Shown here one piece after another: positions 39,325 through 52,528 of a stretch of DNA of 64,000 nucleotides. The stretch spans positions 13,193,807 to 13,257,806 of the forward strand of contig NC_134031.1 of assembly GCF_964204645.1 (NCBI RefSeq), in the 5' to 3' direction. Made by a program: the position numbers and the translations under genes. The first letter of the stretch is position 1, and every line of letters starts with the position of its first letter. The stretch is from Tubulanus polymorphus (Eukaryota > Animalia > Nemertea). The notes beneath the pieces were generated by a model. The model did no database searches, was not told the DNA's origin, and saw only the letters and a program-made list of their open reading frames with translations.

Positions 39325-40321
39325 TAATATCAGGAGATGTGAAAGAGAAGTAATGAAGGTAGGATTCGGCTTTGGTAGGTTTCCTATAGACCGCGAATTT
39401 CAAAAAGGATCCATAGGTAAAAATCAAAACATCCTGAAAAGGTATTTTATTATTGGATTCCCATTCATATGTAAAGGCAAGAGACGGGTAAAGGGAGTTT
39501 AAATATACGAGAAGGTTATCAACATTGAAATCAAAGGGAACCAAAGCCAGAACATCGTCAACATTACAACATTACTTAATTAGAATGTAGGAAAAAATGG
39601 CCAAGGAAAAATTGGCCAAGTATTTGCCTAGGAAAAAATGGCCAAGGAAAAAATGGCCACGGATGTTTTGGCTGTGATAGAATTTACTTTGGAGAAACTG
39701 GTCGTGAATTAAAAACTCGAATTTCGGAACACAAAAAGGATATCATAAATCAAAAAGCGGCTAGTGGCGTGGCGTAGTGTTTCGGACCGTTGGGTTTGTT
39801 GGTTGCTTCAGAGCTTTTGGATTATTGTTTCTTTTCGCTGCTGTGATTCTGATTTCACGGTTTGAATATTTCCGGGTTTAATATAACGTAATCAGTAATC
39901 AGTTGTTTAGACGTGTGACCAGCGATGGTCTTTCGTCGCTAATTGAAGTTGATGTAATTCGGTTTATTTGATAAATACGATAATTTGTCTTTTGACCCAT
40001 AATAACAATTTCGTTTTTTTTTTGTTTCGTTGAGAGAGTGCGCGAGAGGTCGCTAAAAGTCTCCGGTCGCTTCCCAGTGTTTATCGAGGCGGGCTTTGAA
40101 AGGGTTTAGTGAAGGTGCCTCGATCACATCGGTGGGTAGACTATTCCATTGATTTACGATTCTGAACGCGAAGTAGTGCCCTCGTAGGCTCGTCTTACAT
40201 CTCAATTTTCGAATCTTTAGTCTATGACCACGGGTGCGAGTGTTTGTCTCCAGCGGCGGTACGAGTTCCTCTGCATTTGAGTAAAGATTATAGAATATCT
40301 TGTACGCTTCGATCATGTCGC

Positions 40322-41405
40322 AAGTTACGTGAGGATCTGTTACTGTTTGATAATTTTTTAACTATTTTCCAAAACTGTTTAGGATTCCTTTTCGCGTTTC
40401 AAATATAACATTAAGCAAGAAGATGACCTCTGGAAAACCTGTATTGAGCAAGCATTTGACAGTGATACTCATCTAACTGGACTGATTATTAAATTCTGTA
40501 AATTTATTCTGAATGTTAACCGAAAAACAACAAATCTAGCTGTCCTAGGGGAACTAGGGAGATTGCCGATGTACATCAATGCCTGTACTCATTAGATACT
40601 GGGAACACGCTTGCGCACGAAAAGGTCATCTTATCAATACAGTCTTTAAAGAAATGATGTCAAAAAAATGTACAGGGATAGTTTTGTTGATGCTCTTTTA
40701 ACAGCCACGAACAGGAACATCAAGCTAGATACTGACAGAGTACCAGCTGAACTCTCAAAATCTATAAGACACGTCCTAACTGAGAGATACAAAATATTTT
40801 GGAAACAAGAAATCCTCCAATTTAGCAAATTGAAATGCTACTGCCAAATTAAATCTGAATTCAGCATGGAACACTATCTATCAATGAGCATCAACAAAAC
40901 CTATAAATCCGAAGTCACAAGAATGCGACTGAGTGCTCACCATCTGTTAATAGAAAGGGGTAGGCATTCTGTCTTCCCAAGGCAAAATAGGTTATGCACC
41001 TCATGTAATATAATTGAAGACGAATTCCATTTTATTATGCAGTGTACCAAATTTGATAGCTACAGAGTTGAACTAATTAAATGTTTTGATACCCATTTTT
41101 CCGAACAGAAATTTACAACCCCTGAAAACAAATTTGTCACCATTATGTCTTCACCCCTGATGGCTCATAACCATGGCAAATATATTTGGCTTAGCAAAAC
41201 AAACCCGCTGTAAATAAAGAAACAATACTTAACTATGCCAGATATGTATATAATTTCCTATCATGTACAAAATGTAAATACTGTTAAGGAATTTCTCATA
41301 TTTTATACTGTTTTTTTTTCTCATCTTTATTGTGCAAAACCAAAAGTAAAAGTAACTAAAGCATTACGGAATAATCAAGATATTTTGAATTGAATTGAAT
41401 TGAAT
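40322..41405 (+). mobile_element. 5'-truncated RTE-X-like LINE inserted in the CR1 element
   Basis: TSD TGTCGC (40316-40321, 41406-41411) splits the CR1 motif RGD|MIE; (TTGAA)n tail; ORF 40668-41213 with RMRLSAH...CTSC...EDEFHFIMQC. Confidence 0.87.
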
Positions 41406-43417
41406 TGTCGCCCCGCTTTCTCCTGTGGCTCAAACTAGGGAGTTTAAGATATTCGAGTCTTTGCCTGTAAGGAAGTGAACGTATATTCTTGTGAAGCTTA
41501 GTTGCCCGACGTTTAACCGATTCAAGTTTCAAGATGTCTTTACGTAACGACGGGTTCCAAACGGCAACGGAGTATTCCAAAACAAGGCTTTGTAGAGTTT
41601 CAGGAATAGTGATCTATCTAGATGACTGAAGGAATGTCTAATTGTATAGAGTACCCTATTTGCTGATTTGGTTATGTTGTTTATATGGGATTGGGGTTTA
41701 AGGTCGTTTTGGATGAGGACACCTAAGTCACGTTCTTCACTACTCGATTCAAGTGTCACGTACTGTCCTGTTTCGTCTGTCATTTTATATTCATACGGCG
41801 GGTGGCGTTTTCCGATTCTCAGACATTTACATTTCCCAGGATTGAACGTTAGTTGCCAGATTCGAGACCAAGATTCAAGTTTATTTAAGTCACTCTGTAG
41901 TGTCTCACAGTCGGAGTTTTTATTCGGCGGTAAAGCTTACCGTCGTAGGCAAACATCTCGATATAGCTGCTTACATTCTCGGTGAGGTCATTTACTGAGG
42001 AAGAGGGTCGGGCCTAATACTGATCCCTGAGGGATGCCACTCTTGACTCTGGTTGGCGCGGAAGACTCGTTTTCGATCGCAACTCTTTGTGTTCTGCCGA
42101 CCAGGAATGCTTCGAGCCAGTTTAACAGGCGATCAGTTATTCCGAAGTTTCGTGCCTTCGCAATGAGGCGTTTATGTGGTACCGAGTCAAAGGCTTTTTG
42201 AAAATCGAGATATATTATGTCAACGGAGTCTCCGTCGTCTAAGAATTTAGTCCAGTTGTTATGACATAATAGGTTTGATGTGCAATTTCTCTTTGGGAGG
42301 AAGCCATGCTGATTTGAAGAGATGATGTTTTCTGTTGTCAGGTGGTTCATAATTTCGTCCCTAATAAGTGTTTCTAATATTTGGCAACATATGCATGTTA
42401 GACTAACTGGTCTGTAGTTGGATGCTCTGGATTTATCGCCCTTTTTATGGATCGGCTTAACTATCCCCATTTTCCAATCCAACGGCAGTGTAGAGGTATT
42501 GAGCGTTTTTTGGAATATTAAATTCAGTGGCCTCGCTATCTTGTCTTTGATGGCTTTCATTGTTGTTGGGTCCATCCATAATGGTTTTTGTCTGTATTTT
42601 CGACCAGGCTTTGGAGATCGTCTTGGAACATGTTTGTCGCGCAGTTTAATCAGTTCGGTTTTGAAAAGAATCTAAGCGATTTCAACATCGTCTGTCGCCT
42701 CGATTTTGTTTGACAGTTCTCTCGTATCAATGCTCTGCCTTTATCCTCATAGTCGCCGAGGTCGTATTTATGTATTACTGTGCATGACACTGGGGGTTCT
42801 CTATATTTAGCGCTGTAGTTGAAGGTGATAACTATGTGATCGCTTTTTCCTATGGGGTGGTCATAAGTTACTTGATCAATGGCGTCTTCACGGTTTGATA
42901 GAATTAGATCTAAAAGACTCGGCTGTTGAATAGACCTGTACCTAGTTGGCTCGTCTACGAATTGGCGAAGATAGCAGTCATTTACCGTTTCAATGAATAG
43001 GCTTGATTCATGGTTTCTATTGGCTGTTGATGCTTCAGTCTCCCAGTTTATTTCAGGGAAGTTGAAATCCCCAGTGATCAATAGGTCGTCGCAACCCCTC
43101 AGTTCGTCTGACATGCTTCTAATCATGTGATTTAACTTCATATTGTTTTCAACAGTAGAGTTTTGGCTCCTGTATATAGTACCGGTAAGAAGGGAATGTC
43201 CATCCTCTTTGAGAACCCTAATCCACTTATTTTCGGAGGCACTTATTTTTGAGGTTATTTCATTTATTATCATATTGTTTCCAACGTATATACAAATACC
43301 GCGCCCGATCTCATTTAGATTATGTACAGGAGCTTGGTATCCAGGTCACAACAGTGAGTCGGGGTTTACATTTCCTAACTTTGATTTCCTCTTTGGTTTC
43401 ACTTCAGTTATCATGAT

Positions 43418-44116
43418 CAGGGGCGGATCCAGACCGTATTAGCCGTATTGCCCAATACGGTCTCGAATTTTTAAGTGCCCTTCGAAATTTCACCGGCAAT
43501 ATTTTTGACGGCATTATTTCAGCAACCGCTAATTCCGTGTCCGTAATCCGGGCATAATTATAAAATTAATCGGTATATACTGCTGCCGAGAAAGTGAGGA
43601 GATATAATCATATTTGTAAAGCCTTTAATCATGATAAATTAAAAAGGGCACTTTCCTTTTGCAAGGGGCACTCATGCTTTAGATGAGGGCACCTTGTCCT
43701 TGCCTTTTCAGGGAGGGCTAAAGGGGCACTCGTACTTTAGAAGAGGGCACTATACGCGGAAAATGATGAAGAAAAGGGCACTTTTTTGCCTAATTTTTAA
43801 AATTTTAGCGGCACTTTTGGTTTGGAAGATGGCACACGACATAAGGATAAATGTGAAGACGAGGCAATTTTTGCCGATCGTTAACAATGAAGGGGCACTT
43901 AGCCATATTCTGTATAATTGTTAAGGGGCACTTTTATAGATTATAGGGGCACTAGGCGAAGTTGGCGACAACCATTCTTTCATGGGTTCGCCAGCTTCAT
44001 TTTTTATCCGCATCTGTTGAAATCTTGTCTCGAATTCGTTTATTCTGGATTGCTCTGCTAGCCTCTAGAAGCCCTCTAAAAGCCTTTAAATGGTACCATA
44101 TTTTCAAAATTTTTGT
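43418..44116 (+). mobile_element. CAGGGGCGGATCC-type MITE fragment replacing the CR1 ORF1/ORF2 junction
   Basis: Starts CAGGGGCGGATCCAG; many AGGGCAC subrepeats; CR1 coding sequence stops abruptly on both sides. Confidence 0.6.
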
Positions 44117-46580
44117 TGGTGGGGTGGGCAGTTCTCTCCTCCGAAAGGGCCGTTTCTTCACAATTTTATCGTCACTGATTTTTAGATCTGTCTCTCCAGC
44201 TCTTTGTCTAGTGGCTAGTTCTTCCTTCAGCTTTTTGTAGTGCATTCTATCTCCGGTCGAGCGGTCGGGGGCAAATTTTAATATTGGTGCCTGCGTCCTT
44301 TTATCCTCAGGGTGTATTAGTTGTTTGCCACTAACGGTGTTTAAGAAAAGATCTCGCTCTCCCATACTGTTGAATATTGCTTTTATTGGCCTCACAAAGT
44401 TAGGTTTTTTTTCTGCCATACGAAAGGCTGTAACGAGGGTAGCTTTATCCTTTAGGCCTACGTTAGTAAGTAGGGCGTTTAAACTAGAGATATCATGCCG
44501 TTTTTCCTCGGCTGGGTCATCTAGATCATTTTCGAGGAAGTCGTAGATTACCACGTTAGTGCTTCTTCTCTCTCCGTCTCGTCGTTTGCGGTCATAGGCT
44601 TCGATCTTTTGGTCGACTGTATTTGCCAAGAGTTCGGGTTTTAAGCCAACTCTATCGTGTTTTAGTTGTCGACCTCTATTCTGAGTTCGCTAATACCCGC
44701 TGTGGCATTACCTAGCTCCTCGGTAAATGGTTCAATCCTTTCGGTAACAGTTCTATCAATTTCAAATTTAAGGTTCTCTTCGATGGTAGTTAAGTCTTTT
44801 ATTCATCTCGATGAAGCCGGAGTTTGAAGATGTTTTTAGGTCTCGGGCGGAATCTGCGAGTTCTTTAAAGGATAATACTGAGTTGCGGCACGTGTCACAG
44901 GTTATTAATAAGCTTGGGATATCGACCTCTTCCATAATAAGAAGAACTGCTTGCGGGATGTTGCTACAAGAGTCGCATAGGTAGTTTTGACAGATTGAGC
45001 ACCTGATGTTCGTGTTTTTGGTTGACCGCCGGCATTTGGAACAGGTATTTTTGCCGCTTTTGCTACTTGCTCCTTGAGTTAGGCTGAAGGTGGTCTGTGG
45101 GTGAATGTGGTTTCGATTTGTTGCGTTTTCTTTTCTTGCCGCTAGGTTTAGTTGATGTTTCGTTACCATAGTTTGGGGATGAACTATCCATAGGCTGCCC
45201 AAGTAATTTGTTAATGTGACTCTGAGGTGTTTGGTCCATGAGCAGGTTAGCAACGGCTTGGCTGGTCTCCGATGTGTTTGCTGCGTCTCTTGTTTGGTTC
45301 CCATTGCTAAGTGTATGTCCAGGATCAGAGGGGACATGTCTTATTTAGACCTACTAACTATTCATCAGTAGATGAGAGCGACGAATAGGTAGGGCTATCC
45401 TCTAGGGAAGAAGTACTGTCTCTATATACTCTGTCGTTCATTCTGTCTAGGCTTATTTAATCCTTAACTATTTTTATTTATTAATTATTTTCTTCAAATA
45501 ATGGGAGTTAAGTAAAACCAGTAGTTTGGTGTTACTGTCGTGGCTGGATTGGTCTACACAGTACAGGGCAGTTTTCGTTTTTTTTCTTTTTTTTCTTTAT
45601 TTTAGAGATCACTGGGGGAGCCTCCGTTTACCGATTTATAGGAAACCCTGAACGAGTAATAAATATACTAACATAGTCTGATTTTAGTTCGTTAGACGGT
45701 TTACTTACGTACGCAATTTTATTTAATTTCATACGCAATCATAATATTTGACAAATTTAGTTGTTCTCCACAAATCGTAGTGATCGCGCGCTGCAAAAAC
45801 CGGAAGTGTCTGGTTACTGTTAGCAACGGTAAACAAAAGTTTAGGTGATATTCGGAAACGAGAAAAACAAATATTATCTTACGGACCGATCCACTCAATA
45901 TCCTCCGAAAAATATCAATCTTCACGAGTTGAGCGACTAAATCTCACGAAATCTGGAAGAAATTAAGTTGGTTCAATGTCTGTTATTTGTAGTTTAAACG
46001 TCCTGGTTCTCGTACGACTAGACCACTCCTGCGCATGCGCACTCTCTCCCATTTACGTGCATTTCTGTTCAGTTTGGTTTGTGACTGCGTGGCGTTTTGG
46101 TCACTGTAGTGTTTCGTTACTTGAAGAAGCGGAATAAATTGTAAGTTGTCTGGTTTCCTCTGTTTCCGTCCAATTTAATTTATTTTTGATAATTACAACA
46201 ATATTCTGTAAACCTTAATGTTTGTAATTTGTATTGCAGTTAACGGTTATATTCTACCAGTAAAAATTGTCCGCGTATTCCGTCGTTGGTTTTTGGATTC
46301 GTCCTCGGGCAGCGTTGCCAATCACGTTTGGAACACTGGTCATCGTTTTAATTTTGATAAAGCCGAAATTTTTTATACATCCAGCAATTACACTAAACGC
46401 CACATAGTTGAGTCTGCTCTAATTACCCGTGACTCAGATATTAGTACCAATTTGAATAATGGCTTTTCTCCGCACAACCCCCTTCTTCTAAGTATACCAC
46501 TATGCCTTGCCAAACACTAATTATTTACTCACTCACCAATTTACTCTATTAACCTGTTCTCCTCTGTATATATACCCCTG

Positions 46581-47567
46581 ATACGTTAGTTAAACCTATT
46601 CTGACTTATGGCTGTGAAATCTGGGGTAACGAACATATTAAAATCATCGAGAAGGTACATCTTACTTTCTGTAAATACATTCTAAAACTAAATCGCAGCA
46701 CCCCAAGCGTGACGGTCTACGGCGAATTAGGGAGGCCCCCTTTAGAAGTAGAAATTAAGGCACGTATGGTTAAATTTTGGGCAGGTCTGGTGATGAAGAA
46801 TGGATCCACTTTGTCTAGTAGAATGTACAATGCAATTTACCGAGCATATCTGGATGAAGGAACCCTTTCCAAATGGCTTCGCCACATAAGAAATATCCTG
46901 GAGGAATGTGGAATGGCAAACATCTGGCAGAACCAACAAGCTCAACCCTTCGTTAATATAGACTTTATCTATCACTCTGTCAAGCATAGATTAACTGACC
47001 AATATATACAAAAATGGCGCGCAGACTGCGCCAACTCCCCTAAAGCTGTCACATACTGCCGCATTAAAACAAACTTTGAACCGGAATGGTATTTATTAAA
47101 TTTACAGGCTAACCATAGAATTACTTTATGTCGTTTCCGTTGCAGCAACCATAGCTTACCGATTGAGATAGGGCGCCGTCATCGTATTGCTCGAGAAGAT
47201 AGACTATGTATGAAGTGTAACACCCAAACCCTGGGGGATGAAAGACATGCCATTTTAGAATGCCCTGTATATGCGAATGAAAGAGCGCGCCTTTTCTCGC
47301 GTTACTATTGGGGGGTACCAACAATAGAAAACCTGGGGGAACTTTTCAATACGCACAAGCTGGCGGTAAAACTAAGTAACTTTAGTAAATTAGTTGGGGG
47401 TGCGTAAACGAGGCCCCGTAATATTTATCCAGCGTACATGTATATGTGTCTCTTTACGTAAACTTGTCAACGATTTGCTTCGCTGTACAATGCCATCCAC
47501 TGTTAAAATGAAATGTATGAATGTTCTGTGCAAAACATGTTTTTGTGGAACAATAAAAATGAAATGA
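46581..47567 (+). mobile_element. 5'-truncated RTE-X-like LINE inserted in the Penelope pLTR
   Basis: LVKPILTYGCEIWG...VYGELGRPPL...RFRCSNHSLPIEIGR...CMKC...GDERHAILEC; (AAATG)n tail. Confidence 0.85.
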
Positions 47568-47587
47568 ATGGTTTTAGTCTATATCTC

Positions 47588-47629
47588 ACACCTGACGATG
47601 ATCTCTAGGGTGAGATCGAAACGTCCTGT
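47588..47629 (+). ncRNA. Hammerhead ribozyme motif in the Penelope pLTR (stem I mutated)
   Basis: ACAC-CTGACGA-T-GATCTC-TAGGGT-GAGATC-GAAACGTC-CTGT; core identical to the 33.3-kb copies, first stem I pair lost (G>C). Confidence 0.65.
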
Positions 47630-48995
47630 TCTATGTTTTTATGATTGAATGAATAAATTCTTTTTTCTAAATTCTTTTAATCTGTAGATAGTGGGTTTTT
47701 ATCTTATTATCCGTTCACCACGTGAGTGTGGTTATCGTTCTCCTATATGATGTTCACAAGAGGAGCACATCGACCTATCCAATAGAAATACATTTTAAAA
47801 AGAATTAACCAATAGTAGGATTTAGTTTAGGACATCGAGCGAGTTACGGAAATAGATACAAGATACACATAATGAATTTCTGCTGCTTGCGTTGCATTTT
47901 ATGACTGAGGACATCTTATTAGTTTCGCGGAGGATCTGTTAACGGAGTTTGGTAAGTTGAGATATTGTAATCATTCCTAGTTAAGATATTGTAATCATTC
48001 CTTTCATGTGCTAGAATTGTATCTGCCTTTTGTAACCGACTGGTTGTTGTATCTGCAGGCTGGCTGGGAAACTAGCATTTTCACCAGCGGTACAGGATTC
48101 CACCCATCCGGAACAACAAGGCAGTTAAACCTTATATGTACTATCTTTATTGCATCCCAGAATGAGAATGATTATCATACAGAATCATGAGTATAATGTG
48201 AGAACTAGGTGTGAGACAAGTTGTAGACATCAGGATTTACAAACTAACAGCTAGTGACTTGTTTGAGAGACGTAAATTAATTAATGAGGAGCACTGACAA
48301 GAGCTAATTACTTTGAATACATATTGAGTTATTACATTATTAATACTATTATTATCATTTTTAAGCATTTCATATAGTAAGAGATATGAAATATTATGAA
48401 CCATTCGATATGAAATTGTAGATATATATGATTATAGAATATGCAACTTATATCAGGGTGACAGATGCCCCCTTGTTCAATTAAATTTGGCCCTCCAAAT
48501 TTGCAGAAAACGTAGATGCTGAAAGCTCATCAAAACTCCTTCTGCCGCGAAAACATGAAAGTTTGAGTTTCGCCGCTTGAAAATGTCCAAACGCTGGACA
48601 ATAACGGCCGGATTCTCAGTCATTCACGAATGAGTCACATGTTGACGATATGTTAACTGTAATTTTGAATGATCTGCAGATGATCCCCGAATTCTGGTTG
48701 ATTCTGCGACGAACAAAACTAGCGATGTGTTGTGTAGTTATGGCGTCCCGAAGTCCACTTGGTGATAGTGTTGTGGGTGTGGTTTCTCCTCCACCTATGT
48801 TATGGTCCGTGTATCTTCCAGTGCTGTGAATCCGGGTTGGGTTGTCCCAGTAGCGTCGTGGTGATAATTCCTCTCGACGATGTTGCGAGGACACTCTCTC
48901 AGATCAGATCTCCGTCCTTGGTCTTGACTTCTTACACGGCTCCCAGAAAAACTTAACAATTTCTAAAGTCATCTTTCGTTTATTTCTTCTTACTA

Positions 48996-49146
48996 GATGT
49001 ATACAGATCATTCCCCGGAGCTTTTCCTATATGTATACAGATCATTCCCCGGAGCTCTCTCTCTCGCTCTCTCTAGATGTATACAGATCATTCCCCGGAG
49101 CTCTCTCTCTCTCAATGATGTATACAGATCATTCCCCGGAGCTCTA
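48996..49146 (+). repeat. Four copies of ATGTATACAGATCATTCCCCGGAGCT separated by short CT runs
   Basis: Read directly from the sequence. Confidence 0.85.
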
Positions 49147-49497
49147 CTATATCGTGCTTACAAAAACCTCCCTATTTATATTAATTTCTCTTGTGTAACG
49201 TGTGCAGGTCCTCTTCCACATACGGCGATGACGGTCATGGGCGATGACGTGTCTGCACACGTCACAATTTTCTAAAAATATACTTTTGCACTCAACGGAG
49301 TCCATGGCCGCACCATATTTAGTTTACCTATGTAGATACATACGTCACTTCCACACTTGTTTATTTATATAATTCCTATTTATGTTCATGTATGTACATA
49401 TCCACGAAGGTTGTCAGATACTGCAATACTGGCCATGAACACCAGCTCCCATGCACTACTTGTTGATATTGTTTAACCGCTGATAACTGAACCCTAC

Positions 49498-49611
<114 letters not shown>

Positions 49612-50269
49612 CGGTTGCGCCACCGCGCGGGATTTACGCGAAGCAGCAGAACACAAACACGGCCACTCTCTCAATTTTCAATGATAGAAATCGTGTGTGC
49701 ATTTCAATTATTTTGGCTGTTAGGGTTTTAAGGCACAATATAAGTTGATGATGTGATATGGCGATGTTAATTAATGATAATTCCGCAGTGAAGCTAGTCA
49801 CGAACGGTGCCGATTGAGTGTACAGCTGCCAAAAACACTGAAATGTGCGTAGTTGCGTAACTATTTGCAGTGAATTGCAGACGAAACATGAAACCTTAAC
49901 GGCCTTAAAAAAAAAATTTTATCAATCGCAATTGTAAAATAAAAATGAGATAGAACCTAAGTTAAAATTCTGGCCATTTCTAAAATGTTATTAATTATTA
50001 TTACTAATTTTTAGTCAGTGCGGAACGTTTAGTTTTCCAACAATAATGAGGGGTGGTAGGTAGTCATGCAATTCAAGTCATCATTTATTACACGTTACTT
50101 CCGTGTTGTTGAAAATCTCGCGAGTCCTGGACTAAACCCCAATGAACAATGTGATCTGTGTGCTGGCCACAAATGCACACAGATCACACTACACTACCCA
50201 TTACCCACTCCAGTACCCACAGCTTTCATATATCCATCCAAATATTTAGTGGCTTTCTTCCTGGATTTT
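49612..50269 (-). repeat. Second copy of the 2522-4440 dispersed repeat, lacking the HINE
   Basis: Near-identical reverse complement; empty site at TTTTT 50008-50012. Confidence 0.85.
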
Positions 50270-52528
50270 GGCGGCGTCTACAAATGTATTCTGGCCTTTT
50301 TCAAACTGCACAGCATTGCCGGGGTTATTTTGCGCAACGCAGACATTTCTTTAAAAAGGTATTGGTATACTAGAATTTCAAGGAAAATCTTAAATTTCTC
50401 AGTTTTTTAAAAAGTACTGTTATTGAACACTATAGATGGGTAGAATGACCTCCGAAATTTTTGGAGTGGTCAGATAACGGGAAAGGCATGTTTTGGGGGG
50501 TCAAACAAGACTCCTCCAAGCCCTTAGCAACAGCCCTTAGCAACGTGTTCTAAGTTACTTTCAGAGGTGTTAAACCGATACTATTTATACCCGTGCAGTG
50601 CTGCCATCTACAATATATTCACAATAGACTTTATAGCCCAAAACATTGATCTGAAGGTCGTTGGGTGTCATTTTTTGAAAGAAATGAAAATGGCATCAGA
50701 CCACAATCAGGTTAGTAGCTCGAAGATGCGTAGTGCCGGACCCCAAAAATAGTACCTAGAGTGAAGAAGAGGTCCCCCATAAATGTTGCCATAATTTCAG
50801 CAAATGGGATAGGTAACGAATTTCGGTTACATGTATGAAATCCATTGATCCTGAGAGACAGATTGATGATGAAATAAGGGATTCCCTGGACTTTTTTTGC
50901 TTGGAGTAAGGAAACCAAACACGGTGGGGGATTCCCTTAGATATTGGGCTCGGATGTACTGGCATACCTGTACTGGGATACCCCTCCTTTGTAAAGGTTT
51001 GATTATTTCAAAAGTTATGTTGGGTATGTGGGGCGAAAACCACTTCACAATGCGTAGCTAAAATGCTGGCCTATGAGCCATAAGCAGGATTTCCCCTGAA
51101 TTTACGCGCTTATATATGAACTAAACTCTCGAATTTCTTGTTTTTACTATAGGATATAGAAGATTTTGGAATAGTGGTCTGAGCTCAAATCATGAAATTT
51201 TCCAGAATTTTGAATTTACAGAATTTCATAGCATACATGTATTTTACTTTAGTCTCGTGAATACATGCTTCATTGGGCTTTTAAGTGGTAAAATTATTAA
51301 CTTTAAACTGTTATCTATCAATGAGATAAGTTAGAAACATTCAAAGAAAAAGAAAAAAAGTTTACATGTAATCCAATCAGCCCCCCCCCCCCCTGCTAAA
51401 AATAGCCAGCCACCAAGGGTGAATGCAATAAATTCAGGATCACGATGAAAATTTTGGCAACTTCTGCACAATATGGTGGCACAGGAGCTACCTGCAGGGT
51501 AAACAGCATTCAAATGAACAATTTGATAGGTGTAAACCTACTAAAGTGTTGCATTTTAAATAAATTAAGTCAAATTCCTTGAGAAATTTAAAAAAATTGG
51601 TGTTTTCTCGCAATCATCATTTAAGCCTGACGCACATTACCGAAAACATGATTTTGAAAAAAGTATTTGAGATAGAGCCTTGAAATTTGAAATACTTGTT
51701 ATCTATACATAAAACTAGTGCATGTGCCTTGGAAAAGTTAATATCTACGTTATGGTAGGCTAGGTACCTCTATGAATATATAATTAGGTAGAAAATTTCT
51801 GAAAATTTGTGTAGTTTCAACTTTGAAATCATTTTTTGAAAAATATAACTTGTGTAAACACTAGATAGAGGCACAAGCACTAGCCATGTTAGTTATGAAC
51901 CAAATGCTGAAAGAATTATATCAATATATCAATTGGTTTATATTTTAGAGTGTTTTTCGTAAATCCCTCTAATTGCGCATAAAAATTCACCTAATTAGCA
52001 TAAATTAAAAAAATTAATTTTCGAATGTGTTACATTTTCTATAGAGGTCACACTACCATAGGTTGAATATCTGTAACTTGCTATTTGAAGAATTTAGAAA
52101 TTCTACTATACCAATACCTAACCAGCCAGAACCAAGCACAAGTTGTGCAACATGACGCAGAGCAGTAAAAGAGATACTAAAGATTTACAAATCAGATTTA
52201 TATATTTCAGTTTTCCAAAATTCCTCCAAATATAATATTTTATATATAGGCTTAAAATATAAACGCACATTTGGTTTGAAAAATAATTAAGTAAATAATT
52301 GGAAGAGCCTGGATAACGAAGACGACTTGGCTTCTAGCTAGGGCTTTATTATTTCTTATTTTCAGTGCTTTTCTGCCAATCCATCAAAATTGTCACCAAG
52401 GCACCACGCATTTTTCTATTTCACAGGAAACAAGGTATTTTAAAACCTTCGGGCAATCAACACGAGTGGAAAATCGCGTTTTTTTAAACTGTTTAATGGC
52501 TTAACGTACGAAGCGTTCAGTTTTGTTA

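Larger units (their letters stand above)
35543..39575 (-). mobile_element. Penelope-like element, RT C-terminus/thumb, split by the MULE (pieces 39575-39325 and 35727-35543)
   Basis: LNSLYPSLAFTYEWE...IPFQDV...VYRKPT...YLHYFSFTSPD continues across the MULE as PDIKLGLAQ*LFLRALRICDPSFLPDEI...LAYPDFIL. Confidence 0.8.
40075..45700 (-). mobile_element. CR1-clade LINE, near full length but decayed
   Basis: ORF1 with PHD-type Cys pattern (45337-44768) and C-terminal part (44629-44117); APE endonuclease (43273-42650: IYRS, GDFN, LDLI, SDH); RT (42575-41410: NYRPVSLT, QHGF, YLDFQKAFDSVPH, GIPQGSVLGP); end RGDMIEAYK...RGH...WNSLP...FKARLD (40316-40075). The 5' boundary is approximate. Confidence 0.9.
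39663..47742 (+). mobile_element. Penelope-like element 3' part (GIY-YIG endonuclease plus pLTR) in three pieces: 39663-39770, 46312-46580, 47568-47742
   Basis: CFGCDRIYFGETGRELKTRISEHKKDI...SGV joins ANHVWNTGHRFNFDKA...RHIVESALI...NLNNG across a 6.5-kb insertion with GCGT duplicated; the pLTR carries a hammerhead motif. Confidence 0.82.

Noticed and set aside
50567-51048. Cluster of overlapping short ORFs
   Set aside because: No recognisable motif and no consistent splice pattern in any frame.
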